From Vermamoeba vermiformis (lineage: Eukaryota), in the NCBI GenBank assembly GCA_045837725.1, contig JBEWZL010000048.1:186001-250000 (forward strand): a DNA stretch of 64,000 bases, written 5' to 3'. Position numbers and translations under genes: made by a program. Position 1 is the first letter of the stretch. Each line of letters starts with the position of its first letter. Shown in pieces: positions 25,289-37,135 of the stretch. Below the pieces are notes generated by a model. The model worked only from the letters and a program-made list of their open reading frames with translations. It did not search any database and was not told the origin of the DNA.

Positions 25289-27285
25289 CTAATTTGGCAA
25301 AACCGAGTTATTTTTAGCGTCTAACAGTGCTGAGCGACTGGTAAGCAGGACTGCAGAGAGACAAGAGGACATTGGCGCAGTTCAGTCTCACAATCACGTG
25401 ACTGGCTGTAACTGACCCTGGTTGAAGACATCCACGAAGCTGATCTGACGACTGCGATGATATTCGATCACGTGACTGATCTTGGCATCCAGCAGCGGAG
25501 TCACCTGCTTGAGCTGTTCGTCACGTGCCTGTTCAGTGTCGCTGATCACGTGACGGATCACTGGCAGTACATAATAGCCTAATTTGGTGGCTGAGTGACT
25601 CGCTGGCCCTGGTAGAGAACTGAATTCGCGCACTAACTCCACGTGCATCAACATGTCACTGCGGAATAACTCGCGACACGTGACAATGTCCTGGATGGTG
25701 CTGGCACTGCTGGGATACTGGCCCTAAACATCAGTCGCGTCAGTTCCTAATTAGGCAAGTGCATTCCCTCACCATGAGTTGCACGTGATTGTAGCGGTGT
25801 TGCGTGCTCCAGCGCGGACTGTGCAGCCACGTGTAGTGATAGAGCGGTTGACGCGCCGTAGACCAGGAATAGTCTGCTGCTATATTTGGCAAGTGTCAGC
25901 ACCGAGCTCTGTGTCACGTGATGGCACTTACCTTCTTGGGCCCACATCACGTGACCGCCCTGTCTTTTGATGTCCTGCACTGTGTTGGCCAAGTCTCGTT
26001 CATGAACGCGGAACAAACATAGTGGCACGTGCGCTGGTGGCACATAGCCGTCGAGCGGAAAAATTGGTTTCGCGAAGAGCTCGTTCAATGAACTGTCCAA
26101 GACGGCCAGCTCCTTGAGGTTATATTTAGCCTCTGCCAAGTCACGTGCGCAAGTCAGTGCTCGCGTCCAACTCTCAGCTTCCTTATTTAGTGAACTGCCA
26201 TCAACTCCAAAAATAGCAACACCGTCAATCCAGCCAGGTGACACTGTGTCAAATTTGTCCAATTTGAGTGTCAACTGCGTGATGACACCTGTCACGCCAC
26301 GGCTGTGCACCACGCGTCGCAGATCGGTGCCGCGCAATTGTACCACTTGCGGCTCTGCCTCGCACGTGACCAGGGTAGCGCTATCAATCACGTGCTCGAG
26401 TGTGCCGTGTTTCAGTGAACCACATCCAGCCACGTGACCGGCAACGAAGCCACCGAGCGAGTGTTCTTCGACTGCATTCGGTGTGACGGGCAGTTCACAG
26501 CCGCGCTGTTGAATCACGTGCTGCAGATGTGCGAGTGACACGCCTGATTGACACGTGAGCTGTCCTGACACGTGATTGACATCCAGCACGTGATTCTGCG
26601 CGGACATGTCAATCACAATGTCGTGCGGTGAGGCGACGCTGTAGCCGGTCACGTGACTGCCAGTGCCGCGTATTTTGATCGAGCACGTGGGCCAAGCACT
26701 GCGAATGACACGCTGTGACAAGTGTCAATGAAGGGTCGGTACGGAATCACGTGACTCACCAGGGCACGCACGAGATCTTGCTGATCACGTGGCTTGAGCA
26801 CCACTTGCGCGGAGTTCTCTAACTTGGGTGCAGTGCTGAGTGCGTGTCTAAATATGGTCAGTGCCACACCCATGCTCGCACGGTACTGTACCTAAAAAAA
26901 GGATTCATCCACGAGCGATCACGTGACAGCACGCGATTGTTGTGCGTGGGCGTGATGAGGTGGTGCAGTCCTGCCTGTGTGAGACGTGTGGTCAGTGCAG
27001 TCACGTGACTGACGTGCTGTCCGAGATCACGTGACAGCTCCTCTTCCACGGCCACGTGCCACTCATTCACGGTGCCGGGCAGTTCATTCACGTGCGCGTT
27101 CTGGTGCGGAACAATGCACTCGTTCCACCGCTCTCGAGGCATCAGCACCGAGTAGCTTAATAGGCCTGGCTTGTAATAATTTCTACGAATTTTTGAGGCT
27201 GAAGTCAGCGCTGTCTTGAAGGATCTGGATGGAACTGGATCAGAAAGCTTATCGGCGTTAAAGTCTATTTTTACCGAATAAGCAT
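25289..27285 (-). CDS. FAD-linked oxidoreductase (VAO/PCMH-type FAD-binding domain), divergent, with a probable mitochondrial presequence; ends approximate
   Basis: LSRDRSWMNP, VVLKPRD, IRGTGS, IVIDMS, SLGGFVAG...GCGSLKHG, GVTGVITQLTL, MHVELVR; spliced start MLIRSFKTALTSASKIRRNY. Confidence 0.7.
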
Positions 27286-27383
27286 CAGCGCATTACAATA
27301 TCAAAATGTTCAGTATGCGATGTTTCAGTTGTGGTGTTGTGGTTGACAGATGTACAACAAGTATTTCCGCGAACAGTCGAGGC

Positions 27384-28439
27384 ATGAGCACCACAACCAA
27401 CACCAACACCGAGTCTGCGGCACAGCTCTTCTCGCGACTCAAATCAGCGCAATTAAGAACTGGTCTGGAGCCTTTGGACCGGCTAGTCAAGTTCAGTCCT
27501 GGTCAAATCCAATTTATTCAAGTAAGTTATTGTTTATTTAGTGCCACCACGATACAACTATTGGTACAAAGCGCTAATTTAATATTAAAAAAAATAATCG
27601 CAAATTATCGCGGAATTAGATCCTAACCTACCTGTGTGCGCAGGGCCCCAAAGCGAGTGGCAAGACCGAACTGTTGTATCAACTACTGACGAGCTGCATC
27701 TTGCCCAAAGAGTGGCGCGGCATGGAGCTCGGGGGACACCAGTGCGGTGTACTGCTCTTCGACACCGATCTCAAGTTCGACTTGCAGCGCGTACTCACCT
27801 TGCTGCACTACAAGTTCGTGCAGTACGTACAATGACACGTGTCAATCGGTGAATTTTGTACTTACTGGTCGTGCAGGGCTGTGAAGGCACGTGGAGGTGA
27901 AGCGAAATCTCCCGCAGAGGAGATTGAATCCGAACTCGAACAGGTACGTCAATTGACACGTGATTGCAGATCAGCGATTGACAGGTGTCAATGATTGACA
28001 GGTGTTCAAAGCCAGTCTGCAACGACTCCACGTGATCAAGTGCGGCGATTCATTCACATTCCGCACGTCACTGCACGCCCTGCAGCACGAGTCACTGAAT
28101 GACACGCGCGTGTTGATGATTGACAGCTTTGACGTGTTCTACTGGGAACACAAGCACGTGACACGTGACACTCGCGCACGTGTGCAGGACGAAGAGCTGT
28201 TGCGCAGTGTGGTGTCAAAGTGTCAAATGCTGACCGCTGTGTTGACCGTGTCAGCGGAATATCGTGCACCGACCAGTCACGTGCTCAAAGGTGTCAAACA
28301 CGAGCCCAGCAGCGCTGTTGATCACGTGATCCACACGGCTCGACGGACAGATGCTGATTGGCCCATTGAAATTTCATATTTGCAGCATCACTTTCAGGCA
28401 CGTGTCACTTCAAATGCCGGACTGGAAGTGTCAAACTGA
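27384..28439 (+). CDS. XRCC2: RAD51 paralogue XRCC2-like
   Basis: ESAAQLFSRL, Walker A GPKASGKT, CILPKEW...LGG...VLLFDTDLKFD, LMIDS..FYW. Confidence 0.82.
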
Positions 28440-28515
28440 GCACTGCAGTGGACTTGCCTTATTTGTACATAGAGCCGTTTGTAAATTTGTACAGTTTTGT
28501 TTTAAATCTTTGCAC

Positions 28516-30151
28516 TTATTTTACATGATGTCGCTTGTGATGTTCGTCCTTTTTATGGTAGGGATGGGGCTCGTGATTCTGTTCGAGATATTCCGTGGTT
28601 TGCATCTCATGCAGCCGCGACAGAGTGCGACTGAATGCAAAGATCTCTTCCTCGCCCGTGATTGGTCCCCCCGAGGCAGTGGCGGGCAGCGAGGTCGGGA
28701 AGAGCAGTTCGGGCACACTGTGCGCGGCGAGAATGAGCTTCACTTTGTGGTCGTAGCACTCGTCGATCAGCAGAATGAAGCGCCGTGCCTCGTTCAGTGA
28801 ACTGTCGGGACTCATGCGCGGCACATTGACGATGAACAGCGTGTGATACACCTCGCACAGCTTGGCGTAGTCTGCCACACCGAGAGCAGCGCGGTTGTCG
28901 CACAGCTCTGCAAAGTCGAACCACGCGATGCCCTTGAGTGCGCGCTGGACTCGCAGCACGCGTCCGTAGCCAATCGGCACCTCGCTCACCTCACCTGCGC
29001 GCTGTTCGGTCAGCTGATTCCACTGCTCTTCCAGGGCACGCGTGGTGGCACTGGGATCTTGCGCGCTGATCACGTGATAGATGTGCTTCATGCGCTGTCC
29101 GACCAGTCTGTAGTCCACGTGCGAGGTCATGTGGTGCACGTGACAGCGCTGTTTCAGCTGCGCGATGAAGGGCAAGAACAGGGCACGCTGCAGTCCACCC
29201 TTGTACAGATCTGAGGGGCACGTGACTGGTCAGCACGAGGTGACACGTGTCAAATGCAGGCACTTACCGTCAGGCGGTCTGTTCGAGGTCGCAACAACGA
29301 TCACGTGCCGCTGCCAGAGCTTGTCAAACAGTCTGCCGAGCAGCATGGCATCGGCTATGTTGGTGACTTGGAACTCGTCGAAGCAGAGCAGCTGTGTCTG
29401 TGCACGTATCTGCTGCACCACGTAGTCGAGCGGATCTGCTTTGACCACTGCCTGCTGCGTGCGGTACTGGTGGATCTGCTGGTGCACGGACTGCATGAAC
29501 GAGTTGAAGTGCACGCGCGTCTTGCTGACTTGGTGCACGTGCTGCATGAAGAGGTCCATCAGCATCGTCTTGCCGCAGCCCACGCCACCCCATATGTACA
29601 GCCCGCGCGGTGCACTCACCTCCGCGGCGACTGGATCCGGTGTCACGAGTGCTGGGGTGAGGAATGTGTTAGTGCGTAGTGCTGGAGCTTGGACGTGGTT
29701 GTAATTGCCTTTTATGGCAAGAACAAAACAGCATTGCCAAAAATGGGAATGACTTACATTTGACACGTGCCCACCAGCCACTGCTCGGCTCCTGCTCCTC
29801 GGGCTGCGTGTTGACTTGTTGTACATAGCGATGTATATCATCAGCTAGTCCTTGCAGTAGTTGCAGTGTGTAAAGCTGCGCGGGATCCAGTCGGTACTCG
29901 CCGCGTTGGATCAGCTCTTGGTACGCACGAATGATGGGTCCGTCTTGTGATATTCGAGTACTCTCGTGCTTGTTGTGGTGATGTGTATGTGTAGCACATG
30001 TACGGTATGTGATGCGAAACAGTTGGGGACGCTGTGTTGTAGATGTGTTGCGTGGTCTGTATTTCAATTTTAATGCCGGATCTGATCTTCCAGTTGACTT
30101 CCTAGTCGCGCGCAGCAACATGGGGCATATGATTAGGGATATTCGATTCAT
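28516..30151 (-). CDS. AFG1: AFG1/LACE1/ZapE-family mitochondrial ATPase
   Basis: GLYIWGGVGCGKTMLMDLF, RVHFNSFM, LCFDEFQVTNIADAM, ATSNRPP, EARRFILLID, FAFSRTLSRLHEM. Confidence 0.93.
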
Positions 30152-30529
30152 TTGCGGTGGTATTGGTCGTAACAGCGCGGATCTGTCATTTATTCTCGTT
30201 GGATCTGGTGTTCAACAAACGCGTCCAACAATAATACTGCGCTGCAATGTATCCCTCGCTACGAGTGCAGTGTGTGCAGGGGGCAGGTGTTGTTGACGAG
30301 CTGTTGCGCGGTGAGGAATGAGCAGTGTGCGCCGTTGAACTCAACACACCAACACGCGGCACATCACCTCCTAATTCAGGGCTATCGCTTGGTGAGTACT
30401 CACTCGCATTAAATATGGCTAGAGCAATTACCGCTAATAGTAACATGTGAGTATTTCGTTAATAATTTTGCAAATATCAGATTCGCTTGATTCCTGTCCA
30501 CATTCAATATCTCACGCGTATCCACAATC

Positions 30530-31059
30530 ATGTCGGTCAAACAGCTGTTGCAAGAAATTACATTGGCCATAATCAAGCCTGATTTAGCTCGTCGTATCAC
30601 TCCCGAGCAGTTGCAGCACATCCGCACCGCCGTGCAGTCCAAAGGTCTGACCGTGGCTGCCAGCAGAGATATTCCGCGCCTGACTCGCGCGCAGACTGAA
30701 TCAGTACGATTGCACGCACTATTACCGTCATATACACCGCACTAACACGCGCGCAGTTCTACGGTGCACACGAGGGTCGCTTCTTCTACCCGCGCTTGGT
30801 GCAGTACATGAGCTCGGGGCCCATCACGTGCTTGGTGCTGCAGGGGCCGCGTGCCATCACCACGTGGCGCGAGCTGATTGGTCCGACGCACATCAACACA
30901 GCCCGCAGCACTCGTCCGGACAGTCTGCGCGCACAGTTTGCATTCTCAGACACTAAAAATAGCTTCCACGGCTCTGATAGCGTCGAGTCTGCCATGGAAG
31001 AGATCAAATTCTTCTTTCCTAATTTGGATGTGCATGCCCTGGTCAAGGACTCGCAATGA
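30530..31059 (+). CDS. Nucleoside diphosphate kinase (NME6-like)
   Basis: TLAIIKPD, FYGAHEGRFFYPRLVQYMSSGP, WRELIGPT, NSFHGSDS. Confidence 0.9.
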
Positions 31060-31140
31060 TCAAACACCAACTAGGACAGTTATGAATGCACGCGTGATCC
31101 TCCTTGACCCTCCTCGAGTCTAGAGCCCTATTCACCACTG

Positions 31141-31194
31141 CACTGCACGGTCCATTCACTCCATCCAGCACCACACTGCACGGCCATTCACTCC
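31141..31194. repeat. Intergenic 21-22-nt direct repeat CACTGCACGG(T)CCATTCACTCC x2
   Basis: Copies at 31141-31162 and 31174-31194, upstream of the RRM gene. Confidence 0.7.
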
Positions 31195-31318
31195 TCCGCG
31201 CGAGCTAGAAGTCAGTACGAACGCACGAAATAAAATTGATAAAACTGGAAATTGTTCGTCTGATTCGTGTGAAATTATTAGTATACTTCAATATTACAAT
31301 ACATCACACCTAACAGCG

Positions 31319-32370
31319 ATGACTACGAATGTTCCTCCCAACGACAGAAAAGTTTTTGTTGGTGGATTAGCCCCGCATACAACAGAACAGACTCTGGGAC
31401 TCTATTTTTCGCAATTCGGTGAGGTTGAAGAGATCAAACTCATTCTCGATCGTGCTACTGGTCGATCGAAGTGCTATGGCTTCGTAAGTAAAGATGTCGA
31501 TTATTTAAAAATTATTTTAATTATTTCTGTAATGCTCTCTGGCATACTGAACATGTCAGCAATCTTTCTGATGCGCGAGAAATAATACAATATTTTTAGG
31601 TGCAATTTAGACATTACGACAATGCAGTGCTCGCTTGTCAGAATCCAAGCCCCGTGATTGATGGCAAGCAAGCCAACTGCAATTTAGCGTCACAGAACAC
31701 CAAGCCCAATGCTGCAGGAGGTGAGTACACTGCTGCGAGTGATGTGTCCACTGACCAGCACGTGACAGGTGATGCGCGACGAGGCGGCAAGCGCAACTTT
31801 GCAGGCAGTTACGGCACCCCAGGCTACGGCACAGGCATGGGCACTCCAGGCGCGTGGGGGGCAGGTGCAGCGCCAGGCTACGGCGTGGCACAGTGGGGCA
31901 GCACGGGCAGCACACCGTACGTGCAGACTGGTCACGGCGCCGAGAAGCGACGCAAGTTGGGTGGCAGCGAAGGACCGCGCGTGAGTTACGTGCAACAGCT
32001 GCAACAAGAGACTGGCACGACCATCACCAAGGAGTACGTCAAGGATCGCATTGACTCGCTGCGTGATCGCGATCCCTGCGAGGCCTACAAGTACTTCTTG
32101 GAGATGAGCGAGCTGTTCCAGGGCACGGACGAGTATCAGCCGCTGTACGAGTCACTGCTCGCTGCTGCGCGTGAAGTGCGTCAGAGTCAACAGGCTGAAC
32201 AGGGCCAGTACAGCATGAGCGAGCTGAGTCACTACTATCAACAGAGCGAGGAGCAGGGCGAGGAGAGCTACGGTGCACCGCAGCACGGCGACGAGCACCA
32301 CAACAACAATGGCGAGGGCGAGTACTATGCGCACGAACAGGAGAGCTATCAAGAGGAGCCGCAAGAGTAG
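31319..32370 (+). CDS. RRM RNA-binding protein (RBM24/38- or Musashi-like N-terminal RRM)
   Basis: KVFVGGL (RNP2), RSKCYGFV (RNP1), PSPVIDGKQANCNLA. Confidence 0.85.
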
Positions 32371-32676
32371 TGCTGTCACTGAGTGAGGTATGTGCGTCCA
32401 TTGCTACTCGCTGTCTGATTGCCACACGTGCTGATCTATTTTCTTGTCATTTACTTCAGTTACTATTTTTGGTTATTATTTTGAAGATCGATCTTCTGCT
32501 GTGGTAAATTGGCTTCAATACCCTTTTTGTTAATAATAAAGCGAACAAATAATGTTTTATAGTACCCAACCCGTGCTGGTCTGGCACGCATTTTCCCAGA
32601 ATTTTTTTTTACGATTTCACCGCAACGCTTTTTTTTTGCATTTCATAGCACCGTACTAACAGAGAACAATGAAGTA

Positions 32677-35597
32677 ATGGCATGGCGTAGAAAGTGGTTT
32701 TGGAAGAATAAAGGGAAGAAAAAGAAGGCTGCTGACGATGATGACGATCCGATCCCGATCAAGAAACGAGACAAAAATACAGTGTCATTTCAAGTGCTCG
32801 CTAGTGATAAATTTGGCACCAATACTAAGTGCAAAGAAGCTATTTCCTTGTTAAAGAAAATTCCTGGCTGTAATTTAGGTAATTGTTAAAAATATTTATT
32901 TGTATTTGAAAAAATTCACGAGATCGAGCTCTGCTTTTGTTATCTGATGCAAAAGTATTATTGACAACCATTTTTATAAGATGATGAGGCTAAGATGTGG
33001 ATCTTGCCCCTCGAACGTTACAAAGCCACCCTGAAAGTGTTCGAGCAACACAACCAAGCAGGCGAAGACCCCTATATAGATGTGCGCCCTATTCCCAAAC
33101 AAGTGTTGAATATGCTCAGCGAGGCTAAGACGCTCAAAGAGACTGTCAAAGAGCTGGATCTCTCGCGCATTCCAGATGCACTCTTGAATGCCTTGCTGCC
33201 CTTTCAATTGCGCGGTGTCACGTACGTAACTACTCCACAGCATATTGAACGCGCACACTGACCCCCCTCGCCCACAGATTCGCACTGCGCAAAGATGGAC
33301 GGTGCATGATCTGCGACGAGATGGGCCTCGGCAAGACGATTCAAGCGATTGCCATTGCGTGCTGCTACAGCGCTGAGTGGCCGCTGCTCATCATCGTGCC
33401 CTCCTCGCTCAAGCACAACTGGCGCAAGGAACTCAATCGCTGGGTGCCCGAGCACGCCGCGCTGATCAATGTGATCGACAGCACGCGGCAGTGTCACTTC
33501 TCCGCGATCAATATAGTCTCGTACGATCTCGTGCCGCGCATTCAGGCACAGCTGGAGGCCGAGCAGTTCAAAGTGGTGATTGCCGATGAGAGTCACTACC
33601 TCAAGAACCGCGAGGCACAGCGCACTCAAGCCGTGCTGCCGCTGCTCAAACAAGCCACGCGTCGAGTGCTGCTCACTGGCACCCCTGCACTCTCGCGTCC
33701 AGCCGAGCTCTGGCCCCAACTCGATGCCCTGGACTGCGGCATCTTCAGCTCGTTCAAGCAGTTCGGTGCGCGCTACTGTGCGGCGTGGCAGGGACCCTGG
33801 GGCATGGACTACAGCGGCAGCAGTCACTTGAGCGAACTGCACACCGTGCTGCACGAGTGCGTGATGATCCGTCGTCTCAAGGCCAATGTGCTCACTGAAC
33901 TGCCCGACAAGCAGCGCAATGTCGTCTATCTCGAAGCAGATCCGCACCTGAGCGAGGAGATCAAGCGCGAGATGCGCAGTCGCGGGGCGTGGGAAGAGAT
34001 CGACGAGCAGCGCAAGAAGGCCATCATGTCGCAGCTGTTCATGCAGACTGGCCGCGCCAAGATCAGTGCCGTGTGTCAGTACGTGGTGCAGCTGTTGACC
34101 GCTGAGCCTGAGCACAAACTGCTCGTGTTCGCGCATCACATGGAGGTACTCGATGGACTGCAGCACGCACTGGAAGAGCAGCACGTGACACTGGTGCGCA
34201 TCGATGGCTCGGTGGACCAGCAGCAGCGTCAGGCCCTGGTGGATCAGTTCCAGCGCAGTCACGAGCACCCCACACGCGTGGCACTGCTGTCACTCACCTG
34301 CGGCTCGTTCGGCTTCACCCTCACTGCTGCACAGCGCGTGGTGTTCGCAGAGCTGTGGTGGACACCGGGACAGTTGCTGCAGGCTGAGGACCGCGCACAC
34401 CGCATTGGCCGCGCTGATGCCACCCAGCCAGTGCTGATCGACTACTGTCTGGCACGTGGCACCATGGACGACATGATCTGGCCGCTGATTGCCAAGAAGT
34501 TGAGTGTGGTGGGCACGACGCTGAACGGCATCCGCGGTCAGCTGGACATTGAAGAGCGGATTGACATGCGCAGTGCCGCACTGTTGCGCGCGTGGCAAGA
34601 GCTCGGTGAAGATCCGATCCACGAGGCGAGTGAGGAGGAGGAGAGTGCGGGCGACAAGAAGAAGAAGAAGCAGCGCGGCAAGAAGAGCACGCACACTGCG
34701 CGGGGCAAGAAGAAGACGCGCAGCAACAACAACAACAACACGAACAGCTCAGTGTCCAGCACCAAGAAACAGCGCACAACAGTCGAGCTGAGCAGCGATG
34801 ACGTGTTGCTGGTGGACTCGGAGGACAGCGAGGCTAAAAATAGCCGCAAGACTGAGCCCAACACACCCGACAAGTACCTGCAGCGCACTACCGAAGACAA
34901 GCACGTGCCATTGGTCTATCGCGATCCACTCGCATTGTTCCGCACCCCACAGCCATCACGTGACCACACAGCACGTGACAAGCTCACACGTGCACCACTC
35001 ACTGTGGCACCTGTCGCGCGCAGTCACAAGCACGAGAACAACGTCAAAAGCGAGCCTCAGGCACCTAACATCAGTGCGCGTGTGGTGATTGACCTGGACG
35101 ACAGTGACGAGCACGTGCCTGAGGTGACACCTGTCAAGAGTGGCTATAAAAGGAAATTGGACTTTGATGCAGATGAATCGCGCAAGAAACGACGTGTCGA
35201 GCCCTTATTGGCCACTAAGATGTTGGCTGCGAGAAACAACAACAACAACCGTTCTGCCGCTGATCGTAGTGCTCCTAACAACAATCGCAATCACGAGGAG
35301 ACTGATGCACTAGGTGTCACAATGCCACAGAGCACATCAAACACGCTCAACACACGCGCAGGCAATGAGCAGCGAGGAGACAGTGAAGAAGAGCTGTTTG
35401 GACTGAGTGACTTTGATCTCGGGGACACTCTGACCGCACCTGTCAGTCACGCAACGCCAGTCACGCCAGTCACACCCAAAACAAACACTGCAGTGCGTAG
35501 TAGTGCGCCTATGACCCCCTTCAGATTGTTTTCATCACCGTCACTCTCTGACCAGACCAAAAAGCGCATTAGCTTGTCATTGCAGAAAATTACGTGA
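32677..35597 (+). CDS. SNF2-family annealing helicase, SMARCAL1/ZRANB3-like
   Basis: LLPFQLRGV, DEMGLGKT, DESHYLKN, LLTGTPALSRPAEL, RIDGS, QAEDRAHRIG. Confidence 0.9.
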
Positions 35598-35840
35598 GGT
35601 GTGAGAGTTATTGTACCATACTGTAAAATAAAAAGGTTACCTTGTAAGTACTTAGTTTGAGAGATGGGAGCGGCAAAGGTGGTTTGTGTTCAGTCACCAA
35701 TGTGGGCAGCCACTGTTGGAATTATGTAGGCCAGCATTTTTCATCTACATGGATCTATGACCAGATTGATTACTAGCCAGGTGGTCCAGCCAGCTAAGTT
35801 ATCAGACCAACTGCCTGTCTGGGACTGAGGTTAGCGTAAG

Positions 35841-36498
35841 GAGCTGGACATCCCATGGGCAGGGTGTCCCTGTGGACGGGACGTCTGCTGACCGTTCTTT
35901 GCAGCAATTGAGATTATTGTATTGATATGTTTCTGCAGAACCAGTGTATCGTTGTCTGAACTTGGACAATTTTTACGATCCCAAGATTGCCAATTCGAGG
36001 TGACCATGCTGAGCCATTCCAGTTGGATAATCTGGGGTTCTGCTGGGGGGTGGCCAGGCCAAATTGGCCAGGGTGGCCGGTCCAGCCAGGCCAGCCAGTA
36101 GGACTTAGTAATTTTGCCAGGAAGGATGCAGGAGCAGGTTCAATTCCTGCTGTAGGCAAAATTTTATGGAAGTTTGTATGGGGGGGTGGTTGCCCTGGGT
36201 TCAGTTCCTGGTATCTGCATGGATTTTTTATTTATTGGACTTTGAAAAAATCTAGTAGCCATACAGTCCCAGGTTCAATTCCTGCCGTCTGCCATTTTTT
36301 TATTTTTCTGGATGTCAGTTACTAGGGAGGTCGGCTTGCATACTGTGAGCTGGACGTCCACCATGGGCAGGGCGTCCACTGTGGACGGGGCGTCCGCTGA
36401 CCTTAGGTTTTCTCTGACAGTTGCAGCAATTGCTCAGACCACTGTATTATTGATATGTTTCTGCTATATCCAGTGTATCTGATGGTCTTGGACAATTT
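35841..36498. repeat. Diverged direct duplication of about 130-150 bp (35841-35972 and 36347-36498)
   Basis: Shared GAGCTGGAC...CCATGGGCAGGG...GTGGACGGG...GCTGACC...TTGCAGCAATTG...ATTGATATGTTTCTGC...CCAGTGTATC...CTTGGACAATTT. Confidence 0.85.
36134..36294 (+). promoter_or_regulatory. Three tRNA T-arm/B-box-like motifs without upstream tRNA bodies
   Basis: GCAGGTTCAATTCCTGC (36134), CTGGGTTCAGTTCCTGG (36195) and CCAGGTTCAATTCCTGC (36269), each followed by a T-rich tract. Confidence 0.55.
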
Positions 36499-37022
36499 CT
36501 AAAGGAGCTGGAAAAATTAGACTCATCAACAGAACTAGTCTTCTGCATACCTCACTTGGCTCCAAATGTTTACAGTTTCAATAGCTATAGTAAGCAGCTT
36601 CCAAATCTATGCGTGCACTTAAATCAAAGCTGATACAAAAAAGTTGACATGCACACCCTTTCAACAACATAAAATTTGTAGAGAATTGAAAATACACCAA
36701 GTTCTATACAGAACTATTGATGCATGAGGTTGGTTCTGTGTAAGTAACAATATTTTTTGCAACCAACTTCAATGGGAGTTCTTCATATGTAAGCAACAAA
36801 ATGGCCAGAAAATTCATAATCAATCTTTATACGGGTGGTTAAGATCTGTGCTAGTACTTAAATGGGGTTTGCTGAAATCACCAATGTATGGCAACTTCAT
36901 CCCCTCCTAATCTCTGTTCTACAGCACTCCTCAGCAGCCAGAAAGCAAAATCCACCCATTTTATATTCATGTTCTACATGCTGAAACAAGGTGCATTTGA
37001 ATTGGTCATTACTAAGGTCGGT

Positions 37023-37135
37023 GGACACCCCGTCCATGGTGGACACCCTGTCCATGGACGGACACCCTGACCATGGACGGACACCCCAACCACGGACGGA
37101 CACCCTGACCATGGATGGACACCTTGCTCACCATG
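37023..37135. repeat. Tandem array of about 6 x 18-19-bp units, consensus GGACACCCTGACCATGGAC
   Basis: Units start at 37023, 37041, 37060, 37079, 37098 and 37117. Confidence 0.9.

Noticed and set aside
33204-34268. Long antisense ORFs (also 18832-19674, 43548-44303, 11512-12123)
   Set aside because: They are shadows of GC-rich codon usage on the opposite strand of conserved genes and have no independent motifs.
36080-36300. Intact tRNA genes
   Set aside because: Only T-arm/B-box halves are present, and no D-arm, anticodon arm or complementary 5' acceptor strand could be folded.
37023-37135. Possible CRISPR array
   Set aside because: Units are contiguous 18-19-mers with no unique spacers, there are no cas genes, and the context is eukaryotic.
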